From a virus: a stretch of DNA of 64,000 nucleotides. Under the pieces are notes generated by a model. It had not been told where the DNA came from, ran no database searches, and was given only the letters and a program-made list of their open reading frames with translations. A program made the position numbers and the translations under genes. Position 1 is the first letter of the stretch; each line of letters opens with the position of its first letter. The stretch is taken from positions 1-64,000 of IMG/VR virus record IMGVR_UViG_3300037760_000114; one strand, 5' to 3'. Below, one piece after another: positions 25,868 to 35,581 of this stretch.

Positions 25868-28743
25868 CGGGCCGCCCCCGTCCCCTGTGTCACCATGCGG
25901 TCAAGGTCGGCGTCATGCCGCTCAACCACCTGACTCACCACACCACTGACGACACCCAGGAACTCACCTGTCGACAGCCGCAGGTCGCCGGTCAGATGCC
26001 AGCTACCGCCGCCACCACCTGCCACCTCGCCGCCGCGCTGGAACCCGGACACACCCACCGGCCCGCCGGTGGCGAACCGGGTAGCGCCCGCGAGCACCGC
26101 CGCCCGCAGCGCCTCCACCGCCTGATGACCCCCGGCCGCGTCGACCTCCCGCGCCGTCCACACATGCTCGCCCCGGGTCAGCAGCGCCGGAACCCGGTCA
26201 ACCCCGTGCTGCCCCCAGTCGATCGGGCCGCCGTGCTGCTGGCCCGGGATACGCACCCCGTCGACCGGCGCGAAGCCGCGCGTCTCAAACGAAATCGTGA
26301 CCGTGCGGTCGATAGCGGCCAGCCGCTGCCGTACTAGCTCGATCCTGGCGAGGGTGTTGTCGACACCGTTGGCGATCAACCTTGCGGCGTAGTCACCCTC
26401 GTAGTCCTCGCCAGCCTCAGCGGCACCCCGCATCGCCTCCTCAACGGCGTCGATCTGCTCCTCGGTCAGGTTCGCGGCCTCCAGGGTGGCGCGGAACGCG
26501 GGAGTAAGCTCACCACCGAACGCCCCGGCGGCCTCACCGACGGCACCCTGTAGCCCGAGCGACGCTTCCGCCAGCGCGATCGACGCCGCCTCCACATCGG
26601 ACTGGCTGGATTCGGAGTCGTCCAGCACCTCGTTGTAGTGCGCCTGAGCCTCGTCAAGTTCCTGCAACGCCTTGAACAGCGCGAAAATCGGGTCGACCTG
26701 GGCGCGTAGCGCGTCGTGCTGCTCCCGCAGCGCCTCCGTGGCCCGGGTGACCTCCTGGGCGAACCCACCCTGCTCCTCGGCGGCATCGTCGGTGGCGACC
26801 TTGTGCCGCTCCAGCTGCCTGGCGTACTCCGGGAACAGCGCCAGCAGATCCTCATGCGAAATGCCGGCCGCCTCAGCCATCTCACCGAGCTGGATAAACG
26901 CGGCAGCGGCAGCCTCGACATCGCCGGCGGCGACCATGTCCCCCAGCGCCTGATCAACAGACGAGAACCGGTCGGCGAACTCGGCCAGCACCTCGCTGGT
27001 TTCCCGGATGCGGGGGGTTTCCTCCTGCCACGGCGGGGCAGGCATCCAATCCGGGGGGATGTCAGCCAGCCGACGTTGGATCTCCTCGAAGGCGTTCAGG
27101 TCGTCGTGTGCGTTGCCGAGTTCGGCAGCGAAATCGCGGAACGCCCCTTCGGCCTGCTTCAGGTCACCGGCGAGTTCCCCGGTGCGGCCAAGCCGCTCCA
27201 GATCCTCCGCCGTCTCGGCGATGGTGGAACGCCACACCCGCAGGTTGGACTCGTTCTCCCCGAAGATCATGCCGAGGGTTTCGACAGCGGCGCCGAGAGT
27301 CGCAACCGCCGCGAGGGCCACCCCGACGGGGCCGCCGAACCGCAGCGCGATCGCGAACCCGGCCACCGCCAGGGTGGCCTGCTGCACCGGACCCGGCAGC
27401 AGCATGAACACATCCAGCAGGATGTCGAGAACTTCGACCAGCGGCGACACCAGCGCCGTCAGCTCGCCGACGCCGGAGCTGAGCGCAACCGCCAGAGTCT
27501 CGGCCAGTTGCAGCAGGTTCGGTACCAGCGGCGCCACCGCCTCCAGCAGGTCCACAAGCACCTGCCGAAGTTCCGGCGACGCCACAGCCGCGGCGGCGAG
27601 AGCGGCACCGAGTGGGGAGATCACCCCGGCGAGGGAGCCGAGACCCACCGCAGACAGAGCCGCCGACGACCCGGCAGCGGTCAGCGCCGCACCCATACCA
27701 GCCAGCACCGGCGCCGCCCGCTGCATCCGGTCCAGCAACTGCTCCAGGTCGATCTCGTCGATAGCCGCCGCCAGTTGCAGCAGCCGATCGGCGACCGCGG
27801 CAAAGGTAGGGTCTGCCGACGACCGGAAGATCCCGACCAGCGCCTCAACCTGACGCTGCAGCGCGTACAGCACCTCGGCCAGGTTCTGCGCCCACACCAC
27901 AGCGGCGCCGCCGCCCAGCGGATCAATGAACGGCGACACCGCCACCGAGCCGATGTCCCGCAGCGCGGCGGTCACCAGCCCGGCGGCCCCGACCCACGTG
28001 TTGGAGATCAACGCGGCTGCCCCGGCGAACCGGCTCTCCATCGCATTGACCAGCAGGTCGATGGCCTCCCGGCCGTCGAGGGCGCCGGAGCTGATCGACT
28101 CCCGGATCTCGTTTTCGGTCTTACCCATCGCGGCGCCGATGAGCTGCGCGGCGTTGATACCCCGCCTGCCCAGCTCGTTGAGGTTGCCGGCGGTGATCTG
28201 GCTGGTCGACTGCATTTCGGCCAGGATCGACACGACCTCGCGGAAAGTCTGGGCTGATCCGCCGGTGGCCGCGACCGCCTGCTGCACCGCATCCAGGGTC
28301 GGAATGACCGACTCGGCGGCGAACCCGAAGGCGAGCAGCTGCTGCTGGCCTTCGATGAAAACTTCACGTGGGAACAGTGCGGTCCGCACGAACTCCCGCA
28401 GCTTGTTCATCTGGTCTGTGGCCGCTTCGGCGCCACCCATTAGGGTGGTCAGGGCCGCCCTAGTGTTCTGTTCCAGGCTGTTGTAGGAGATGCCGGTGGC
28501 GACGGTGGCTGCGGCCAGCGCGACCATGCCACCGACGGCCACGGTGGTGACAGCGGCCATGGTGCGGCCGACCCCACGTGCCGCCTCACCCAGCCGTTGC
28601 ATGGCGGTCCGCTCGCTGCCAGCCTTCGCCGCCGCCTCACCGACCGCCCCGGTCGCCTGGGCCGCCTGGCCCATGTCCCGCCGGAACTGATCAACTTCGG
28701 CGCGGAGCCGAACAGTCACACTGCGATCCGCCAAAGGGGTCAC
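25864..28743 (-). CDS. Tape measure protein
   Basis: 959 aa, Ala-rich helical; ADRSVTVRLRAEV start; QQLLAFGF core; DRVPALLTRGEHV C-terminus. Confidence 0.93.
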   Translation of the reverse strand: MTPLADRSVTVRLRAEVDQFRRDMGQAAQATGAVGEAAAKAGSERTAMQRLGEAARGVGRTMAAVTTVAVGGMVALAAATVATGISYNSLEQNTRAALTTLMGGAEAATDQMNKLREFVRTALFPREVFIEGQQQLLAFGFAAESVIPTLDAVQQAVAATGGSAQTFREVVSILAEMQSTSQITAGNLNELGRRGINAAQLIGAAMGKTENEIRESISSGALDGREAIDLLVNAMESRFAGAAALISNTWVGAAGLVTAALRDIGSVAVSPFIDPLGGGAAVVWAQNLAEVLYALQRQVEALVGIFRSSADPTFAAVADRLLQLAAAIDEIDLEQLLDRMQRAAPVLAGMGAALTAAGSSAALSAVGLGSLAGVISPLGAALAAAAVASPELRQVLVDLLEAVAPLVPNLLQLAETLAVALSSGVGELTALVSPLVEVLDILLDVFMLLPGPVQQATLAVAGFAIALRFGGPVGVALAAVATLGAAVETLGMIFGENESNLRVWRSTIAETAEDLERLGRTGELAGDLKQAEGAFRDFAAELGNAHDDLNAFEEIQRRLADIPPDWMPAPPWQEETPRIRETSEVLAEFADRFSSVDQALGDMVAAGDVEAAAAAFIQLGEMAEAAGISHEDLLALFPEYARQLERHKVATDDAAEEQGGFAQEVTRATEALREQHDALRAQVDPIFALFKALQELDEAQAHYNEVLDDSESSQSDVEAASIALAEASLGLQGAVGEAAGAFGGELTPAFRATLEAANLTEEQIDAVEEAMRGAAEAGEDYEGDYAARLIANGVDNTLARIELVRQRLAAIDRTVTISFETRGFAPVDGVRIPGQQHGGPIDWGQHGVDRVPALLTRGEHVWTAREVDAAGGHQAVEALRAAVLAGATRFATGGPVGVSGFQRGGEVAGGGGGSWHLTGDLRLSTGEFLGVVSGVVSQVVERHDADLDRMVTQGTGAAR

Positions 28744-28782
28744 CCCCTTGGCCTCAGGTCGTCAACCGGTCACAATCGGGCG

Positions 28783-29014
28783 CATGGACTCGACGGACAC
28801 CACATCGACCGGAACCGGCCTACGGCGACACCACCGCGCCAACCCGTGGCTGGTGTGGATGGGCTGCATAGCCGGGCTGCCGCTGTTCGTCGGCGTCCTG
28901 CTGCTCCTCACCCGAGACGTGGCGGTCGGCGTCGGGCTGCTCGCCACCGGCGGGGTGATCGCGCCGCTGTGGCTTGCCGCCGGGGCCATCTGCTGGCAGA
29001 TCCAGCGGCGCTAG
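28783..29014 (+). CDS. Small 2-TM membrane protein on the opposite strand (moron-like)
   Basis: Two hydrophobic helices; inserted between chaperone and tape measure genes. Confidence 0.55.
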
Positions 29015-29394
29015 TTCGGGATCTGCCAGGGTTTCAGCTCGACCTCCAGCGGCCGGGTATCCACCACCCACCGCTTCCGCTCCGGATGATGCTTGCGGTC
29101 ACCGTCAGCGGCCCGCTCCAACGCGGCACAGCCGTTGCACATCGCTTCACGATGCTCATACCAGCCGTCCGAGTCGGGATTCCAGCTCTCGTGCTTGGGC
29201 TGCCCGCAGCCGGAGCAGCGCAGCTGGTCGGCTATCACCAAAGCGACCGCCAACACCCGATCGGCGTGACTCCACTCGCCCGGGTCGGTGCCGCGCAGGA
29301 TCACCCGAGGTGGCACCTTCCACTCACGGGCGGTGCGCACCGCCACCTCTACATGCGTCCACCGCGCATGGAGGAGGAGCTGTGCGACAAAGGG
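29011..29394 (-). CDS. Tail assembly chaperone, -1 frameshift extension (gpGT-like)
   Basis: Open -1 frame entered at slippery C CCT TTG (29388-29394); CSGCG...CNGC. Confidence 0.75.
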   Translation of the reverse strand, partial: PFVAQLLLHARWTHVEVAVRTAREWKVPPRVILRGTDPGEWSHADRVLAVALVIADQLRCSGCGQPKHESWNPDSDGWYEHREAMCNGCAALERAADGDRKHHPERKRWVVDTRPLEVELKPWQIPN

Positions 29395-29933
29395 GCCGAC
29401 ACAGCCGGCGCCTTGCTGATCACCTCCGTGAACACGCGGTTGAGGTCCAGCAGGGCGGCGTCGCCGCACCTGTCGCCGATCGCCCTCAGCTTCGCCGGTG
29501 GGAACCCGTCCTCACCGAGTTCGATGATCCGGCCGTCGGCGGTCTCCACCTTCACGATCGCGTCGGCCACGAGGTGCAGCCAGGTATCCGACACGCCGAC
29601 GCCCTGCTTCTTCAGCCGATCGTTGATCTTCTTCCGGCGGGCCTCGGTCCGGTCCTGCACGTGCACGAACAGGCAAGATTCCCAAACTTCTTGGTAGACG
29701 CCGTCGATCTCGTCCTGGATTTCCTCTGGGCCGCGGTCACCTACGCCGCGCTGCTCAGCGGGGATCTTCCTTGCCAGCTCCAGCTCATGCACCAGCCGGT
29801 CCCGCTTGGCCAGAAGATCTCCCTTCTGGATGATCTTCGCTATGCCGGTGATGCCGGTGGTGCCGTCGATCCACTGATCCAGGTCGAAGTCGGCCAGCTT
29901 CACCTCAGCCTGGCCGTTGTCCGGTGCGGTCAC
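29349..29933 (-). CDS. Tail assembly chaperone (gpG-like)
   Basis: Between tail tube and tape measure; GGGAGG RBS. Confidence 0.8.
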   Translation of the reverse strand: MTAPDNGQAEVKLADFDLDQWIDGTTGITGIAKIIQKGDLLAKRDRLVHELELARKIPAEQRGVGDRGPEEIQDEIDGVYQEVWESCLFVHVQDRTEARRKKINDRLKKQGVGVSDTWLHLVADAIVKVETADGRIIELGEDGFPPAKLRAIGDRCGDAALLDLNRVFTEVISKAPAVSAPLSHSSSSMRGGRM

Positions 29934-30019
29934 AGTTACCTCCCAGGTGTTGCCAGGTGTGAGATAGCTGCCGCGCCGGATGACACCTGGTAGAACATCC
30001 GGCGCGGCAGGTACGTGGG

Positions 30020-30541
30020 TCAGGACTCGGCGCCGCCGATGATGGCGCGCACGTCGAAGTTGCCCTGCTGGTGCAGCGGGATCGTGGCCTTCAGGTAGCC
30101 CTGCCCGGTGCCGCCCTGAACCTGCGGCGTGTCCGACATGAACTTGTAGGTTTCGATCTGCTGACCGTCCGCCAACGCGGTCGCGTGCGGGAGAGCCAGC
30201 CGTCGCACGAACCAACCCAGATGCCCCCACACGAACGTCGCCAGCGCGTCGTCCATCGTGAACTCCTGCGTCTCGTCGTCGAAGTCCCGGAACAGGACCA
30301 GGTCGCCCATGTAGTTCTGGATCGTCGGCGTCACCACGTTGGCGGTCTCGCACACCGCCCGCTCGTTGGTGGTGTCGGACGTGTCCGCCCGCACCTCGTA
30401 CGTGGTCACCATCAGGCAGGTGAGATCCAACACGCCGGCGGCGTTCAGCTCCGCCAGCTGCGGCGCCGACTTGTCGGCGATGCCGGCCTCACCCGGCACC
30501 CACAGCAGCTTCGTCACACCCAGGTCGACTTTTCGGGCCAT
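30020..30541 (-). CDS. Major tail tube protein
   Basis: LLWVP..IADKSAPQLAELNA...DLTC, GWFVRR, GQQIETY. Confidence 0.85.
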   Translation of the reverse strand: MARKVDLGVTKLLWVPGEAGIADKSAPQLAELNAAGVLDLTCLMVTTYEVRADTSDTTNERAVCETANVVTPTIQNYMGDLVLFRDFDDETQEFTMDDALATFVWGHLGWFVRRLALPHATALADGQQIETYKFMSDTPQVQGGTGQGYLKATIPLHQQGNFDVRAIIGGAES

Positions 30542-30645
30542 CGGTCACTCCATCTCATGCGGTGGCCCGGAGGCCAAACTGGTTACGGGACAGCCCAGGT
30601 GTCGACGCCGCACCACCCGAAGGCGCGGGAAGTTGTTGGCAGGGT

Positions 30646-31101
30646 TCAGGATTCGGCGGGTTCGGCGATGCGCTCGGCCAACAGGCGGAACTGGTCGACG
30701 GCGAACACGGTCGGCCGCTCCAGCACCAGCTCATCCGGCCTCGGCAGCTGGCTGAACGTGTGCTCGATCAGGCCGGGCGACCAACCGGCCGCGACGGGCC
30801 GGGCGTCGACCAGGGCGTCCTTGACCCGCCCGGCGAGCCAGCCCGCCATCTGCCGATCCGGCGCCACACAGGTGGTCTGCCACCGGTGCGTCACCGACGT
30901 GGACTGGTGCGCCACCGACTCGGCGTCGTCGCGGGTGCCGTCGTCGATGTACACCGCCACGTAGCGGCGGGGCGGGGTCGGGGGCACGATCCCGTCGAAC
31001 ACCACCAGATCGTCCTGGTTCGGCACGCTGGCGTTGTGGCTGTCCCACAGGTAGGCGCCCGGCAGCGCGGCCACGATCATCACCAGGATCGTGTCGGGCA
31101 T
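30646..31101 (-). CDS. Tail terminator protein
   Basis: VFDGIVP....RYVAVY, WQTTCVA; position. Confidence 0.7.
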   Translation of the reverse strand: MPDTILVMIVAALPGAYLWDSHNASVPNQDDLVVFDGIVPPTPPRRYVAVYIDDGTRDDAESVAHQSTSVTHRWQTTCVAPDRQMAGWLAGRVKDALVDARPVAAGWSPGLIEHTFSQLPRPDELVLERPTVFAVDQFRLLAERIAEPAES

Positions 31102-31102
31102 G

Positions 31103-31501
31103 CTAGCCACCGGCGAGGCTCCGTCCGGCAGCCGCCAGAGCCTGAGCCACAAACCGTGGCTCCTCCTCGTCCAACGCCGGGAACATGTGCGGGATCGGGG
31201 CGGTGTTGCTGGAGCCGACCTCGACACCACGGCCCATGCCGCCCTGCGGCTTGTCGACTTCCGGGCCGATGTCGGCCTGCACCCAGTCGTTGCCGCGCTC
31301 CATCTCGTAGGTGATGGCGCGGCCGTAGTGCGGCAGGTAGACGCCGGTGATCGCCGACCGCAGCAGCTCCTGGGCACCTCGGCGCACGTTGAGCGCACCC
31401 TTTTCCACTACCGGCTCCACCTCGGCCATCAGCCGGTCGGGTGCCCCGATCAGATCGGCTGCCAGGGTCACCAGTTCGGAGCCGTCCACCTCGTAGCGCA
31501 C
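31103..31501 (-). CDS. HK97 gp10-like tail completion protein
   Basis: VVEKGALNV, ADIGP, EVGSSNTAPIPHMFPA. Confidence 0.75.
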   Translation of the reverse strand: MRYEVDGSELVTLAADLIGAPDRLMAEVEPVVEKGALNVRRGAQELLRSAITGVYLPHYGRAITYEMERGNDWVQADIGPEVDKPQGGMGRGVEVGSSNTAPIPHMFPALDEEEPRFVAQALAAAGRSLAGG

Positions 31502-31510
31502 AATGACCCC

Positions 31511-31936
31511 CTAGGCGGTGACTTCGTCGATCAGCAGCCGCTGCGCCGTGGCGAGGCTCTTGTGGTGCAGCCCCGAAACGCGGTAGGTGCGACCCACCAG
31601 CTGCGGCCCCTCCGCGCTGGTCACGATCTCCACCCGGTCATCGACCTGGAACGGGCCGGCGCCGATCGGCACGTGCAGGTGGTACCGCTGCACCGTGAAG
31701 ACATGCTGGCCGGACTCCGGCTTGGACTCGTGCGGCTCGAACGTCTGCACCTTGCACCTGCCCTTGAACGGCGACAGGTCGGGGCCGTAGACGACCTGAA
31801 CCGCAGCGGCCGGGCGCAGGCCGGTCTCCGGGTTCATCGGCCCGATGTCGCCGACGCTGCGGCGCACGATGCAACTGTCGATCATCAGCGACTCGGCCCA
31901 GCGCCGCCCGGCACGGATCGCTCCAATGGCCGGCAT
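31511..31936 (-). CDS. Head-to-tail stopper (DUF6093-like)
   Basis: GRRWAESLMIDSCIVRR, GRCKVQ, KSLATAQR. Confidence 0.85.
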   Translation of the reverse strand: MPAIGAIRAGRRWAESLMIDSCIVRRSVGDIGPMNPETGLRPAAAVQVVYGPDLSPFKGRCKVQTFEPHESKPESGQHVFTVQRYHLHVPIGAGPFQVDDRVEIVTSAEGPQLVGRTYRVSGLHHKSLATAQRLLIDEVTA

Positions 31937-31938
31937 CC

Positions 31939-32526
31939 TCAGCCCCCGGTCCGGACGAGCCCGGCGCGGCGGCCGTACTGGCGACTCAACGCCTCGTGAA
32001 GATATTCGCTAGCTTCCATCGCGGCGGCAAACTTGCCGTAGGAGGCGCTGTAGTCGTCGATGCGCACGGCGATCGCCCCCTCCGGGTTGCCGTACACGCC
32101 ACGGATCAGGGACAGTACCGCCGAGCGGCCAAGCTGGATACCCTGCTCCTGCGACGTGTAGCCGTGGCTATAGACCACCTCCACCATCGACGGTTCCCAC
32201 CGGTGCCGCTGCCAGCCGCACGCCCGCCACAGCCGAGCACCGAACCGCCTATAGCCGCTGCCCTCGGCCAGCTGGTCCCCGTCGAGCGCCACCGAGGTCA
32301 CCGACCGGGCCGGGTATTGCGGCAGCTGCAGCCAGGACTCGATCCCGCCCAGGATCTGGTACGTGGCGTCCTCGACCAGCAGGATCCGCTGCGGCGGCCG
32401 GCCGGTGGCCTCCTGCACAACAGCGGTGGCGGCCTCGACCAGCAGGATCGCCTTGTTCAGGTCGAAGTCGTCGCCCAACTCCAGCAGCCTGCCGATGTCC
32501 AGCGGGTCCGCCAGCCGGTCAGCCAT
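31939..32526 (-). CDS. Head-to-tail adaptor
   Basis: LQLPQYPARSVTSV, VEVVYSHGY, NPEG...RIDDYS. Confidence 0.8.
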   Translation of the reverse strand: MADRLADPLDIGRLLELGDDFDLNKAILLVEAATAVVQEATGRPPQRILLVEDATYQILGGIESWLQLPQYPARSVTSVALDGDQLAEGSGYRRFGARLWRACGWQRHRWEPSMVEVVYSHGYTSQEQGIQLGRSAVLSLIRGVYGNPEGAIAVRIDDYSASYGKFAAAMEASEYLHEALSRQYGRRAGLVRTGG

Positions 32527-32535
32527 CGCAGCGGC

Positions 32536-34020
32536 CTAGCCTGCGACCTTGGTCAGGGTGGAGACCAGCGTGGAGCGTGGCTTGTCGCGGGCCTGTTCCG
32601 CGTCCAGCGCCCGCCGCGCCCGGTCGGGGTCGTCGCCGACCCAGCCCAGGATTTCCTTGGCGCCGCCGGCGGGAACCTCCGACCCGTCGGCCAGGTCCTT
32701 CGGCGCCGGGTCGTCCGCGGCGGAATCGTCGCCGCCTTCGTCGCTGCCGTCGGCCGGGTCATCCTCCGGATCACCCAAGTCGGCACCCGTCGGCTGCGGC
32801 TCCCGCGCTCCCTCGGCAGGGGCAGATTCGGCCAGCCCTCCGGCCGGCTCTACCGTCTCCGGCGCGGCGACGACGCCGAGATCCCGATACTGGGACTTCA
32901 ACAGCTCGGCGATCGCATCCGGGTTACGGGTCACCACCACCCCATCACGGAACCGGACACGCGCACGGGGCACCTGCAGCTGGGGATACTTCGGGCTGAA
33001 AAACTTCATCGCAGGTCCGTTCCATACACGTCGGGGCCGAGGAATCGGCCGGGTCGACTTCTCCAGATCCAGCAGGAATTCGGCGTGCAACTTGCCGCCG
33101 TGGCCACGCACAGCAGTAGGTAGCACCTGCTCTGCGAACTCGATCTCTTGATCGGTCATGCCGTGCTCGGCCGCCGCCTGCACCTGTTCGGCCAGTTCCT
33201 CGGGCCGGTCAGCGTGCCAGCCGATCCGCTCCCGGTAGACCCTGGCCTCCTGCGTGGTGCCGCCCGCGCGGGTCAGGTTCCGCTCACCGACCAGCCACCG
33301 GGGCAGCGCCACGGGAATGCCGCAGCACCACGCTTCGTAGATGGTCGATCCGCCGTCCGCTATGCACACATCGGCGCCCACGTACTGCGGCAGCGTCGCC
33401 CGACGACCCTTGGAGTGGCGCGGATGCGGCGCCTCCACAATGAGGAACCGGTCCGGGTCGAGCAGAGCCAGCAGATCGTCGCGGTGCCACCAGCTGGTCG
33501 CCTTCGCCCCGGGCGCGTTGGGGTTGCCGTCGCGATGCCGCTCAGACCCGCCGCCGTGCGTCGGCGCCCACAGCACCCGGATGCGGCCGTCCCGCTCCGG
33601 CCACGGCGACTCAATCCGACCGTTGTGGATCGGGTCCAGCTTCGGGTAGCCGAGCTGATGCACCCGCTCCTTCGGCACCCGGGACCGCAGCACTTCCTCA
33701 TACAGACTCGGCCCAGGCACGGTCACGTGGGAGAAAGCCAGCGCCCGGGCGCCGTTTCGGTAGCCTTTCGAAGCGATCCCGTGTGAGATCAGAACCGACG
33801 CCCGCTCACCCCGCCACGAATCTTCCCGGTAGGTGGCACGGTGGTTCATATAGACATTGACGTACGGCCCGGGAATCGGGTGACGCCGGATCTGCGCCAG
33901 CTCACCCGGGAGGGCGGCGAGGATTGGCCCCAGATACCTGTCCGCCTGCCCGCCTGCGATCAGCTGGTCGCGCCGGTCGTCCCACGACGTTTCATTGGCC
34001 AGTAGGTGGATGGGGGTCAC
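32536..34020 (-). CDS. CDP-glycerol glycerophosphotransferase (TagF-like) fused to a C-terminal virion-associated domain
   Basis: ISHG, GYPKLD, LWAPTH, PHP, ADVCIADGGSTIYE; tail EILGWVGDDPDRARRALDAE..KPRSTL. Confidence 0.8.
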   Translation of the reverse strand: MTPIHLLANETSWDDRRDQLIAGGQADRYLGPILAALPGELAQIRRHPIPGPYVNVYMNHRATYREDSWRGERASVLISHGIASKGYRNGARALAFSHVTVPGPSLYEEVLRSRVPKERVHQLGYPKLDPIHNGRIESPWPERDGRIRVLWAPTHGGGSERHRDGNPNAPGAKATSWWHRDDLLALLDPDRFLIVEAPHPRHSKGRRATLPQYVGADVCIADGGSTIYEAWCCGIPVALPRWLVGERNLTRAGGTTQEARVYRERIGWHADRPEELAEQVQAAAEHGMTDQEIEFAEQVLPTAVRGHGGKLHAEFLLDLEKSTRPIPRPRRVWNGPAMKFFSPKYPQLQVPRARVRFRDGVVVTRNPDAIAELLKSQYRDLGVVAAPETVEPAGGLAESAPAEGAREPQPTGADLGDPEDDPADGSDEGGDDSAADDPAPKDLADGSEVPAGGAKEILGWVGDDPDRARRALDAEQARDKPRSTLVSTLTKVAG

Positions 34021-34814
34021 CGCAACTCCGTGTCTATCCGGCGCCGTAGCCGCCTGGCCTCGGCGGCAACCTGGGCAGCAACAGCGGGTGGTACCGCTTG
34101 GCGCAGCAGCTTCGCGGCGGCATCGGCGGTGGGCTGTTGCCGCATCGCCCGCCACAGTCGCCGCTGCCTACGGCGCACCTTGCGGCGGTAGGCGGTGCCC
34201 TGCCCGTAAACGGAGGAGGTCAGCAACGACCCGGACCGCTCAACCCGGTGATACGACGGGTCATCGACCACTGTCACGTTGCCGTGGATCCATGCGGCGG
34301 TCGTCATGATCTGGTCCCACGCCACCCGCTGCCCGGGATGGCACCACCGGCGAGCGTGCCCGGTGCGCCACAGCGACGACAGGTGGCCGGTCACCCGGAT
34401 TCCCGGCACTGTGCCGGGCGGTCGCACCGGCCGGACCGTGGCCTGGGCGCCGCGGTGGTTGGCCCACGGCGTGACCACGATGTCCGTCTGCTCGTCGACG
34501 ACGGCCAGCAACGCGGCCAGCCGGTGCGGCTCGATCCAGTCGTCGGCGTCGACCGGCATCCACCACCGGTACGGGTTGGCGGTCAGGGCAACAGAATCCG
34601 TGAAGTAGCGGCCCCGGTTGGCGGTCAGGTCGTGGCGGATCAGCCTGGGGTCGTCGATGTCGGCCAGCGTGCGCCACGGCGGGGTGGTGGTGTCGCCGTC
34701 GTTGAGCACCACCAATACGAAGTCGCGGTAGGTCTGTGTGAGGATCGAGTCGACCGCGCGGCGGATCGTCCCGGGCGATCGCCAGTAGGGGATGGAGATC
34801 AGGACCTCAGCCAC
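34017..34814 (-). CDS. Glycosyltransferase family 2
   Basis: ISIPYW...IRRAVDSILTQTYRDFVLVVLNDGD, NRG, DADD. Confidence 0.9.
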   Translation of the reverse strand: MAEVLISIPYWRSPGTIRRAVDSILTQTYRDFVLVVLNDGDTTTPPWRTLADIDDPRLIRHDLTANRGRYFTDSVALTANPYRWWMPVDADDWIEPHRLAALLAVVDEQTDIVVTPWANHRGAQATVRPVRPPGTVPGIRVTGHLSSLWRTGHARRWCHPGQRVAWDQIMTTAAWIHGNVTVVDDPSYHRVERSGSLLTSSVYGQGTAYRRKVRRRQRRLWRAMRQQPTADAAAKLLRQAVPPAVAAQVAAEARRLRRRIDTELR

Positions 34815-35581
34815 GCCGCCCCCATCCTGCGGTCCCACTCCGGCACGTGTCGGGTTCGGCCCCACGTCGGCACCGGGGTCTGCTCCGCGAACAGAAGCCC
34901 CTGACTGTCCTCGTAGAAGTCCACACGCATGTATGCCGTGCCGACGGCGGCGAGGTAGCGGCGGGCCGCGGCGATCATCGCCTCGCCGTTCACGGGCCGG
35001 GGCAAGCTGGTATCAACGGCGGCCTTCGTGCGGGCCCACGGATGCACCTGCCGCCACAGGTCGCGGGGGTCCCAGGCGTTGACCCGTTTGTCCCCGCCCA
35101 CAACGGCGGGGTTGTGCCCGGCGGTCACCAACTCCACCCCGCGCCGGAAGGTGTGCAGCCGGTACGAGATCGGTGGCGAGCCGTCGGGGGTAGCCGATGC
35201 CTCGACGAACCAGGGCCCGTGGATCTGGTCGTGCACGCGTCGCCGCTCGTTGCCGTCCGCCGCCTGCCGGGCCAGGTCCAGCACCTCGGGCCAGGTGCGC
35301 ACCGTCCCGTCGGGCAGGGCGTAGCCGCCCACGACCGGGCGCAGCAGCAGCACCGCCCGCCCAGTCGAGCCCGCGTCCGGCTTGAGCACCGCCGAGCGGC
35401 CCGGGTCTGGCGGGTCTAGGCGGGCGAGGAAGCTAGGGCCGGACAACAGCGTCGGGACCCGGATACCCAGCCGTCCGGCGAGCGCCCTGCCGGCGAGCTT
35501 GCGGTCATGGGTCCAGGCGGGATGGTCAGCGGGCCACCTACGGGCCTGCCGCAGCAACCGATCGAACGACGGTGCGCTCAC
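34799..35581 (-). CDS. ATP-grasp protein (TupA-like)
   Basis: DRK..R.LAGRLGIRVP, VLKPDAGS, MRVDFY....LFAEQTPVP. Confidence 0.75.
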   Translation of the reverse strand: MSAPSFDRLLRQARRWPADHPAWTHDRKLAGRALAGRLGIRVPTLLSGPSFLARLDPPDPGRSAVLKPDAGSTGRAVLLLRPVVGGYALPDGTVRTWPEVLDLARQAADGNERRRVHDQIHGPWFVEASATPDGSPPISYRLHTFRRGVELVTAGHNPAVVGGDKRVNAWDPRDLWRQVHPWARTKAAVDTSLPRPVNGEAMIAAARRYLAAVGTAYMRVDFYEDSQGLLFAEQTPVPTWGRTRHVPEWDRRMGAAWLRS

